From: Phycisphaerae bacterium
GTDB taxonomy: Bacteria; Planctomycetota; Phycisphaerae; Phycisphaerales; UBA1924
DNA: 64,000 nucleotides
Direction: 5' to 3'
Assembly: GCA_030432905.1 (NCBI GenBank)
Contig: JAUILU010000002.1
Location: 136,084 to 200,083, forward strand
This document shows positions 46,240-54,073 of the stretch, one piece after another (position 1 is the first letter of the stretch; the number at the start of each line of letters is the position of its first letter). Both the position numbers and the translations under genes were made by a program. The notes beneath the pieces were generated by a model. That model was not told the origin of the DNA and searched no databases. It saw only the letters and a list, made by a program, of their open reading frames with translations.

Positions 46240-47949
46240 ATGCGCCGATTGATTCCTTCGGTTCTCTCGCTTGCCGTTATGTCTGCCGCACACGCCGACA
46301 TTTTCCGGGTCGATGACGACGCAGCGCCCAACGGTGACGGCTTGAGCTGGGCCCGGGCGTTCGACTCGCTCACCGACGCGCTCGCCGTGGCGAACTCGGG
46401 CGACCAAATCTGGGTCGCGGGCGGGCGGTACATCCCAGACACGCCCGCAGGATCAGCCGCGACATTCAACATACCCGACGGCGTGCAGGTCTACGGCGGA
46501 TTCGACGGCGACGAATCTACACTCGCCCAGCGAGGCAACCCGCTCTCGCCGATCTCCGAGCTCAACGGCGCCAGAAACTCGTACCACGTCGTCACCATGA
46601 ACAACGTCGGACCCGGCACTGTCCTCGACGGCTTCGTCATAACACTCGGAACCGCCGACGGCGCGGGTACAGCCGCGCGCGGCGCCGGCCTCTACGCAAC
46701 CGACTCAGCGCCGTCGCTCCGATTCATCAGATTCATACAGAACACCGCCAACAGCCGCGGCGGCGGCGCATACTTCGAAGGCTCGCCCGCGAACTTCGTC
46801 AATATCACAAGCTGTGAGTTTAACGGTAACTCAAGCGCACTCGGCTCGGCGCTCTACAGCCAGTCCGCCACCACGGTTCAGGGATGCCAGTTCACAGGCA
46901 ACTCGGACGGCCCCGCCTACTACATCACGGGCGATGGCATCCAGACCATCGACGGCTCTACGTTTCACCAGAACACCGGCGGGCAGGCCGGCGCCTTACG
47001 CACAGCAATGGACCCAGGCGGCTCGTCCATCATCGCCGACTGCGTGTTCACTCAGAACGAAGGCACACTCACAGGCGGCATCTACTACAACAATTTCGGC
47101 AACCACGAGATCCGCACAACCCGATTCCTGAATAACCACGGCGACTCAAGAGCCGGCGCTGTCACCGCACAGATGTTCGACGACACCTCGAGCTCCCTGC
47201 TTATCGAAAACTCGGCCTTCACAGGCAACACCTCCGAGAGCATCTGCGGCGCCATCCTTCTCGATTTCGACGGCGATCTCGACATCGTCAACACAACCGT
47301 CGTCGGCAACTCATCGATGACAGGTATCGGTGGCGGCGTTATGTGCACCAAAGGAACCGCGCGGATCAACAACTCGATCCTCTGGGACAACCAGACCGGA
47401 ACCGTGAACGCCCAGCAGCGGCTAAACCTCTGGTACAACTCGATCGCCAGCGTCAGCGCCAACCGAACCATTATCGGATTTCTGGGCTTCGGCATCTCTC
47501 CGCCAGCGGGCGCGAACAACTCCGCCGCCGACCCGCTCTTCGTTGACGCCGACGGCAACGACAACACGTTCGGCACAAACGACGACAACGTCCGGCTCAT
47601 GCCCGGCTCACCCGCCATCGACACCGGCTCAAACCTCTTCGTTGGACCGTTCATTTTCGCCGACATCTACGGCAGCAACAGATACGCCGACGACACAGGC
47701 ACACCAGACACAGGCGACGCCGGCGGCCTGCCGCCCGTCGTCGACATCGGAGCCGCCGAATTCCAGGGCACCACACCATCCAATTGCCCCGCCGACGTCA
47801 ACGGCGACGGCTCGGTTACGCCAACCGACTTCACCGCGTGGGTCGGTGCCTTCAACTCGAACGCCCCCGAGTGCGACCAGAACAACGACGGCATGTGCAC
47901 ACCGACCGACTTCACAGCATGGGTAGGAAACTACAACACTGGGTGCTAG
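46240..47949 (+). CDS. secreted right-handed beta-helix-like repeat protein with GC-type dockerin
   Basis: Start MRRLIPSVLSLAV. Recurrent G-G-[AG]-h-[YF] turns (GGGAYF, GSALYS, GGIYY, GGGVMC) and N.S/N.T ladders. The dockerin module is 47785-47949. Confidence 0.7.
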   Translation: MRRLIPSVLSLAVMSAAHADIFRVDDDAAPNGDGLSWARAFDSLTDALAVANSGDQIWVAGGRYIPDTPAGSAATFNIPDGVQVYGGFDGDESTLAQRGNPLSPISELNGARNSYHVVTMNNVGPGTVLDGFVITLGTADGAGTAARGAGLYATDSAPSLRFIRFIQNTANSRGGGAYFEGSPANFVNITSCEFNGNSSALGSALYSQSATTVQGCQFTGNSDGPAYYITGDGIQTIDGSTFHQNTGGQAGALRTAMDPGGSSIIADCVFTQNEGTLTGGIYYNNFGNHEIRTTRFLNNHGDSRAGAVTAQMFDDTSSSLLIENSAFTGNTSESICGAILLDFDGDLDIVNTTVVGNSSMTGIGGGVMCTKGTARINNSILWDNQTGTVNAQQRLNLWYNSIASVSANRTIIGFLGFGISPPAGANNSAADPLFVDADGNDNTFGTNDDNVRLMPGSPAIDTGSNLFVGPFIFADIYGSNRYADDTGTPDTGDAGGLPPVVDIGAAEFQGTTPSNCPADVNGDGSVTPTDFTAWVGAFNSNAPECDQNNDGMCTPTDFTAWVGNYNTGC

Positions 47950-48103
47950 TTACCACTTTCGATGGGGAAAATGGGACTGTTGCGTCATTTTTTTAGAATA
48001 TGCCCAGTTCAAGCCCGTCAATCTATTTTATCTTGTATACTTACTCTGAGTACCAGCAATGGTCGGCGTCACGGGTTCTTGTGGGCATAAATGAAGAACA
48101 ACA

Positions 48104-48796
48104 ATGAACACCTTACAAATCGCTTTCGCATGCACATTGGTCACAGCTTCGAGTGCATCGGCACAGAGCCTCTACCTTACAGACCAGGCCTCATACGTCG
48201 CCGGACTCAGCGACTTTGCGGTCGAAGACTTCAACGCTGGACCTAACAACATCTTGCCCGACGGTACACTCGTCTTTGACGCATTTTCTGCATCAGGAGA
48301 CTACAACGGCGGTGCCAGTATTGTAGATAACCATCTTTACATCGGGGGGTATACAACCCACCCCACATTCCAAACCACCGTATCCATCCAATTCGACCGA
48401 CCTGTCGCCGCGATCGGAATGAAGCTTCTCGATATCGGCGCCGAGGTTTCCGGCGGCGTTGACTACTTTACATTTGGATCCACGGAATACTTTGCCGACG
48501 CAAACCCCGGCGATTTCGGCGTCATTGTGTTCTCTGAGCCCATCACTCGTCTCACCTTTACACCCTTCTTTAGCTTTAGTATGTGGTTCGAGATCGATGA
48601 TCTCGTCATCGCCTATGCGCCCTCGCCCTGTATCGCCGACACCAACCACGACGGCATGGTCAGCCCAACCGACTTCACCGCGTGGGTCGGTGCGTTCAAT
48701 TCCAACGCCCCAGAGTGCGACCAGAACAACGACGGCATGTGCACACCCACCGACTTCACCGCATGGGTCGGAAACTACAACGCGGGTTGCAACTAA
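48104..48796 (+). CDS. secreted protein (family C paralog) with GC-type dockerin
   Basis: 230 aa. SLYLTDQASYVAGLSDFAVEDFNAG is paralogous to 43832..44536. The dockerin module is 48629-48796. Confidence 0.75.
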   Translation: MNTLQIAFACTLVTASSASAQSLYLTDQASYVAGLSDFAVEDFNAGPNNILPDGTLVFDAFSASGDYNGGASIVDNHLYIGGYTTHPTFQTTVSIQFDRPVAAIGMKLLDIGAEVSGGVDYFTFGSTEYFADANPGDFGVIVFSEPITRLTFTPFFSFSMWFEIDDLVIAYAPSPCIADTNHDGMVSPTDFTAWVGAFNSNAPECDQNNDGMCTPTDFTAWVGNYNAGCN

Positions 48797-48799
48797 CCT

Positions 48800-49672
48800 C
48801 TACTCGTCCTCACCAACCCGCACATCGTTCATCGCCCCGCGGTACCTGCGGATGAAGTGCGCCGCAAGCTCGCCACGCGAATGAACACCGAAGTGCTTGT
48901 AGATCGCCTGCACATACTCGTGCACCGTCGGCACGCTGATGCCCATGCTCGCCGCGGCTTGTTTCTCCGTCATCCCCGCAAGTAGCATCTCAAGCGCCTC
49001 GTTCTGCCGCTTCGTCAACGTCGCGGGCGTTGGCTGGAGCGTTGATGCGATCGGCCCGCCGATGTGGCGCGCAAGCTCCCGGTGAGCCAGGTCCAGCAGG
49101 TACCACTCCCGCCTCCCGAACGGCGCATCGCCCGTCGCGCGGTGCATCCAGATCGAGCTCGACCTGCGCGTCCCGGGGATTCGGCAGATCGAGATGATGT
49201 AGTCGTCGATGCCCGCGAGCTTATGCCGCTCGTTAAAAGCGTGCGACCGGTACCAGCTCGCGTCGTCCCAGATCTGCCGTCGGCTCCGCGTCACGCTCGG
49301 CGCGCTCGCTTTCAGCAGCGTCGTGAACTCTGGCGTCCGGCGCACGGGCGTCTCTTCCGCGTAGGTCTCCCACGCGTCGCGCTCTGCCCGCCCCGCGAAC
49401 CCGATCCGGATCGGGCCGGTCCTGTTCGACCTCGCCGGCGCGCCGGGCGGCACGCCCTCCCACCCCTTCTCCGCCAGATCACGCAGATCCGCGATCTCGT
49501 TCCCGATCGCCACCTGCGCGGGCAGAAGCTCGATCAACAGTTCCATCGCCCGCGTCCGCCACGAGTACGCGTCGTCGCCCAGCGATCGGCACTCCTCGAC
49601 CAGCGCGTACACCCGCCGAAGGTCCCGCCGACTCGCCCGGCCCTGGTACTTTGGAGAAGCCTGTCCACCCAT
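48800..49672 (-). CDS. LuxR/GerE-family transcriptional regulator
   Basis: 290 aa. C-terminal HTH LTKRQNEALEMLLAGMTEKQAAASMGISVPTVHEYVQAIYKHFGV. Confidence 0.8.
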   Translation of the reverse strand: MGGQASPKYQGRASRRDLRRVYALVEECRSLGDDAYSWRTRAMELLIELLPAQVAIGNEIADLRDLAEKGWEGVPPGAPARSNRTGPIRIGFAGRAERDAWETYAEETPVRRTPEFTTLLKASAPSVTRSRRQIWDDASWYRSHAFNERHKLAGIDDYIISICRIPGTRRSSSIWMHRATGDAPFGRREWYLLDLAHRELARHIGGPIASTLQPTPATLTKRQNEALEMLLAGMTEKQAAASMGISVPTVHEYVQAIYKHFGVHSRGELAAHFIRRYRGAMNDVRVGEDE

Positions 49673-49808
49673 CCATACAGACTACCCCGGAATCCAACGA
49701 ATATTCCCCTCTATTTAGATGGGTTGTGAGGTGTCGATTGTCCCCCATCATGTGCTCCAGACCCAGCGGGGGAACATCGCCACACAGAGCCGTGGCAGGA
49801 GACACCAG

Positions 49809-50756
49809 ATGAACACGATCACAAAGTCAGCAGCAGCACTCATCGCGGCAGCAGCAATCGGAAACGCAAACGCGGACGACCAGATCTTCGTCGGAAGCCC
49901 CGACGGCACCGTCTACGTCGCAGACTCGAACACGGGCGAGTTCACCTACTTCGCCTGCTTCTGCTTCGGACCAATCGTCAGCATCCAGCCCATCGGCAGC
50001 GACCTGCTCATCGGCGATTCCTTCGGCACCATCTGGACCATCGACGGCCAGACCAGCGACACCATCGCAGCCGTCTGGGTCGCGCCCGGCATGCGCGACA
50101 TGGCGATCCAGGGCGAAGAACTCCTCGTCATCGACAGCCAGGGCGCACTCGTACGCGCCGACCTCAACACCGGCAGCGTCATCGAAACCATCGACACGCC
50201 GATCGAAGCAACCTCGGTCGTTGTCTTCGACAACACCATGTACGTCGGGGGCGCCGACGGCTCGATTCACAGCAAGAGCGAGTCGGAAACCCAGTGGAAG
50301 CACTTCGGCCAGATGAACGCCGCGGTCAAAACGCTCGGCGTGCGCCCGAACGCGCTCATCGTCGCAGACGACCAGGGCGAAGCCAGACTCATCGACTGGG
50401 CCGGCGCACCCGACGACGGCTACTACGTCACCACCGACGTCATCGACGCGTCGTACACCGGCGACCTCACGCTCTTCACGCAGGCGCCGGGCGCTGTCCA
50501 TGTCTACGACGCCGAGACCTCGGTCCTCGTCGACACGTGGCAGGTCCCCGTCCCCGCAAGCGCGATCTTCGTCCGCCCGGGCAGCGTCTGCAAAGCCGAC
50601 ACCAACCGCAACGGCGCGCTCGAAGCCGGCGACTTCTCCGCGTGGATCGCCGCCTACAACCGGGGCGACTTCATCGCCGACCAGAACAACGACCTCGCGG
50701 TCACGCCGACCGATTTCTCCGCGTGGATCAGCAACTACAACCAGGGCTGCGACTAA
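49809..50756 (+). CDS. secreted repeat protein with a divergent GC-type dockerin
   Basis: Start MNTITKSAAALIAAAA. C-terminus [55 protein letters not shown], which lacks the two internal Cys. Confidence 0.7.
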   Translation: MNTITKSAAALIAAAAIGNANADDQIFVGSPDGTVYVADSNTGEFTYFACFCFGPIVSIQPIGSDLLIGDSFGTIWTIDGQTSDTIAAVWVAPGMRDMAIQGEELLVIDSQGALVRADLNTGSVIETIDTPIEATSVVVFDNTMYVGGADGSIHSKSESETQWKHFGQMNAAVKTLGVRPNALIVADDQGEARLIDWAGAPDDGYYVTTDVIDASYTGDLTLFTQAPGAVHVYDAETSVLVDTWQVPVPASAIFVRPGSVCKADTNRNGALEAGDFSAWIAAYNRGDFIADQNNDLAVTPTDFSAWISNYNQGCD

Positions 50757-50832
50757 CCAGTTCCTGCGCCAACCTCGCACACCCAGTTCCCTGAGCGGCG
50801 CATGACTCGCGTTCGTTCACACACACATGACA

Positions 50833-50863
50833 AAGGCCCCGGGTTGCAACTTCCCGGGGCCTT
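50833..50863. terminator. strong hairpin between convergent genes
   Basis: AAGGCCCCGGG ttgcaactt CCCGGGGCCTT, perfect 11-bp stem. Confidence 0.55.
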
Positions 50864-50937
50864 CGTCTCTTTGCGACACGTCTGGTTGTGGTGTGTGATG
50901 CTTGCTCTGTGTTATCTCTTGCTTCGGCGCGGTCGGG

Positions 50938-51813
50938 TTAGAAGCTGACCGTCGCGCCGGCGCCGGCGAAGAAGTCCGACGACTCGGTCGTCAGCCCGAC
51001 GCCCACCTTCGCGTCGAGCGTGACGTTTGGCACGATCGTCAGGATGCCGCCCGTCTGCAGGAAGTGCGAGTCCTCGATGTCGTCGTCGTCATTGAAGAAC
51101 GCGAAGTACTCGATGAATGTCTCGATCTCATCGTTCCATTCCTGATCGAAACTGATGCTCGCCGACGTCTGCAGGTACGTGTCGTCGGTGGTCATGTTCT
51201 CGAGCTGCGTGAGCTGAACCGCGCCCGAGAAGCCGAACACGTCGTCGAGCTCGTTGTAGTCGAACGCGATCTCCGCCGACGGGTCAACGCGGTCCGACGT
51301 GAACTCGTCCGCACCGATCGGCAGGCTCGCCTCGAGCACAACCACAACCGCGGGCACCGCGCCCGTGTTGTTGCTGATCACGTCCACCTTCACGCCGACG
51401 AACATGTCCGTCACGCCGGTCGTCCGGTCATCGAAGCCCGTCGCCTCGACGTCAACCGTCTGGTAGCCGCCCCACCCGACTCGGCCCTCGACACGCTCGA
51501 CAATACCAGTCCGAAGCAAGAGCTCCGGGCCGGCGAGCGTGCTGACCTCGGTGCCCGACTCATCATCGAACGAGAACGTGGTACCCGCCTGCAGCGAGAA
51601 CCGACCAACAGGCACAACGCCCACGCTCGAACGGAACCGCGGACGGTCCGGAGCGAAGGGGCGGTCGATAGGGTCGGCCTCGTAACCAAAGATATTGGTT
51701 TCGCCGCCGATTCCAGACAAAATCCCACCACGGGTTTCGCCGTCGCCCTGGCCGGCAGCAAGGCCGGTACACGCCGCTGACGCGACAACTATCGAGATCA
51801 CAAGCTTCAACAT
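50938..51813 (-). CDS. outer-membrane beta-barrel protein (MetA-pathway/transporter-like family)
   Basis: Start MLKLVISIVVAS. DRPFAPDRPRF near the N-terminus, alternating beta-strand pattern, and a C-terminal ...GATVSF with terminal Phe. Confidence 0.6.
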   Translation of the reverse strand: MLKLVISIVVASAACTGLAAGQGDGETRGGILSGIGGETNIFGYEADPIDRPFAPDRPRFRSSVGVVPVGRFSLQAGTTFSFDDESGTEVSTLAGPELLLRTGIVERVEGRVGWGGYQTVDVEATGFDDRTTGVTDMFVGVKVDVISNNTGAVPAVVVVLEASLPIGADEFTSDRVDPSAEIAFDYNELDDVFGFSGAVQLTQLENMTTDDTYLQTSASISFDQEWNDEIETFIEYFAFFNDDDDIEDSHFLQTGGILTIVPNVTLDAKVGVGLTTESSDFFAGAGATVSF

Positions 51814-51900
51814 ACAGCCACTCCAGTCGGCGTCGGCGCACCTCGCACCGTTGCCAACCCGAGCCATCGGAACTCGAAGCCCTTTTGGGATAGAGACTTT

Positions 51901-52506
51901 CTAAGAGTTTGCGTGCAGCGCAGCTCTTGCCTGTCTGATCAGCCGGAGCGTCTCGTTGATCGCAGCTTCAAGGTTCTTGTTCACAATGAACGCGCTGTAA
52001 ACATCCCCGGATTTGGCAACCGAGATCTCACGCTTCGCCTCGGCGAACCGCTTCTGGATCGAATCCTCATCCTCGCGGTTCCGCGCACGAAGCCGATCCA
52101 GCAGCACGTCCTCGCTCGGCGGCTCGATAAACAACCCGAACGCGTCGGGCATCTTCGCCTTCACCTGCTCCGCGCCGTTCACGTCGATCTCAAGAATGAC
52201 GAGCCGACCCTCGGACAGGTGTTCCTCTACCAGATCGCGGGGTGTGCCGTACTTCTTCCCGAAGACGTCCGCGTGCTCGAGCAGCTCGTCGTTGGCGACC
52301 ATCTGCTCGAACTGCTCGTCGGTCACGAACCGGTAGTCCACGCCCTCGGCGTCATCGACCGTCTTCTGCCTCGTCGTCACGCTCACGCTGAACACGCTGC
52401 CGACCACCGCTCGCTCGATCGCGCGCGTGATCGTCGTCTTCCCGACACCGCTCGGCCCGCTGATGATCAGCAGCATCCCCGTCCTATCAACCTCGGTCGT
52501 CACCAT
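51901..52506 (-). CDS. gmk: guanylate kinase
   Basis: LIISGPSGVGKTT P-loop, TTR, GVDY.F. ATG at 52506 is preferred over the track start at 52578. Confidence 0.9.
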   Translation of the reverse strand: MVTTEVDRTGMLLIISGPSGVGKTTITRAIERAVVGSVFSVSVTTRQKTVDDAEGVDYRFVTDEQFEQMVANDELLEHADVFGKKYGTPRDLVEEHLSEGRLVILEIDVNGAEQVKAKMPDAFGLFIEPPSEDVLLDRLRARNREDEDSIQKRFAEAKREISVAKSGDVYSAFIVNKNLEAAINETLRLIRQARAALHANS

Positions 52507-52623
52507 GATGGCACAGCGTAGCCCGGCACAACCCGCCCGTTTTCCGACCCGAGCACGCGCACAAAAAAACCGCCCCACATTTCTGCACAGCGGCTTTCCC
52601 CACTTCGTTCTTTTGATGCCGGC

Positions 52624-52830
52624 CTACGCCGTCACATCGAGATTCTGCCCGGTCTCTTTGGGCGAGAACACCGGGCTGACCGAGCCGCGCGAGTGCTTGC
52701 CGACCTGGCCCGCGTCCTTGATCATCTTGACCGCCGCGGCTCCCTCGGCCTCCATCGCGTCGAGCACCTTCCGCGCCAACATGTAGTCGCCGCGAGCACC
52801 GGTATCAGTCACAAGCCCTGAGAGGTTCAT
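52624..52830 (-). CDS. small hypothetical protein (faint resemblance to the YjfB-like 'putative motility protein' family)
   Basis: 68 aa. MLARKVLDAMEAEGAAAVKMIKDAG resembles the LKKALD..qqqg..l..ll core as I recall it. Weak. Confidence 0.3.
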   Translation of the reverse strand: MNLSGLVTDTGARGDYMLARKVLDAMEAEGAAAVKMIKDAGQVGKHSRGSVSPVFSPKETGQNLDVTA

Positions 52831-53526
52831 CCCCCCACGGATCGGCCGATCTCGCCAGACTATTCAATAAGATCCGCAGGCAGGCACACCCCTGTTGTGG
52901 GTATGGATCGGTGCGATCCGGGCCTTGCCGGGTCGGTCGGCTCAACCGGTGCGATCAGGGATGCCCAAACCCTACGCTGAGGTGGGTGCCGCTCGTCCGG
53001 TGCCCGGCCTTCCACTCGATGGAGGCTTGGCCTTCGTCCAGACGTATTCAAGACGGCTCCCGTAGGGTCGGAAAGGTTTGGACATGTACTCCTGACGTGC
53101 TCCCGGCTGAGCCGAACTCCCGGCTCAGACCCAAATCGGCCCCCGTGGGCCACCCTCGTATCGGCTCGCCGAGCTCCATCCCGGCAACCCTCTCTCAACT
53201 GATGCGAGAATACCGCCCCGCCGGTTCGACCCGACACCAGAAATCCTGATTCACGACAACTTCGCCGATTCCACACGTCCGGTTTGACGCGAAACACCCG
53301 ATCGGGTACAAACAAGAAGCGACCCGGCTCGCGGCCCCGGTGGAAATGGGCCAAAGCCGGACCGAACCGAGACCAAGCACGCCCCGACACACGGATGATC
53401 TGGGACGAGCCTCGGAACGCTTTAGGACTAGAACCCATCCGCGAGCGCGGCCAAGCTCACACGAGCACGCTATGCTGCGCTGCAGAAAGAACCGGCGGCC
53501 GGCGGCCGCGCACAGGAGTCACACAT

Positions 53527-53811
53527 ATGTTCAACAACGCGAAGCGCTCCCGCCAGCTCATCACGCTCGCCGTCGCCTCGGCCGCGGCAGCATCAACCCT
53601 CACCGGCTGCTCCAGCGAGCGCAACCGCCTCGCCGAGTTCCGCGAGAACCCGACACCAGATCTCGTCACCATGAGCAGCCGACCCGACGACGTCCGCAAC
53701 GTCAAGGCACTCATCCGCGACGAATCTAAGCGCATGCTCTACCGCGACTGGATGTACATGTGGTACATGGACCGCCCCACCCGCCTGACCCCAGAGCCCA
53801 GCGCCTGGTAA
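53527..53811 (+). CDS. small lipoprotein of unknown function
   Basis: 94 aa from an internal ATG (MFNNAKRSRQLITLAVASAAAASTLTGC, lipobox LTGC). Confidence 0.55.
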   Translation: MFNNAKRSRQLITLAVASAAAASTLTGCSSERNRLAEFRENPTPDLVTMSSRPDDVRNVKALIRDESKRMLYRDWMYMWYMDRPTRLTPEPSAW

Positions 53812-53842
53812 ACCAAGCGAATCCGCACTGCAACACACGAAG

Positions 53843-53869
53843 CCGAAGGCGCCTGCCTTCGGTTTTTTT
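53843..53869 (+). terminator. Rho-independent terminator
   Basis: CCGAAGGC gcct GCCTTCGG followed by TTTTTTT. Confidence 0.8.
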
Positions 53870-54073
53870 GTGCGCGACACAAAACCAAGATATACAGACA
53901 CAAAAATGAGTTACTCGCCGGGCGTGCACGATGCGAGGTCGGCCTCTTCACACAATCTGTGCACGCTGCCATCTCCCGAGATCGGCGTGTTGTGTGAATT
54001 CATGTTTATGGTACGATCTGCTCGCTGACTTGATGAACCACTCGGGTTCGTACAACGAGTTCAGGAGCAAAGC

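Noticed and set aside
53215-53245. tRNA-like fragment ccgccggttcgacccgacacca
   Set aside because: It contains GGTTCGA and ends in ACCA. However, the flanks cannot form a 5-bp T-stem plus a 7-bp acceptor stem in register. Not a tRNA or tmRNA 3' end.
52860-53438. 192-aa minus-strand ORF and 112-aa plus-strand ORF in the 52.8-53.5 kb gap
   Set aside because: Arg/Pro/Gly-rich, no motifs, no RBS-like context. Treated as non-coding.
52831-53526. Tested the gap as RNase P RNA, tmRNA or SRP RNA
   Set aside because: GUGGAAGGCCGGGCACC only loosely resembles the P4 GAGGAAAGUCCGGGCUCC. A possible partner, ACCCGGCAAGG, lies only about 90 nt away instead of about 280 nt. No tag ORF ending in Ala-Ala-stop, no proper T-arm/ACCA, and no SRP GGAAGGAAGCAGC motif. 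It is not called as any of these.
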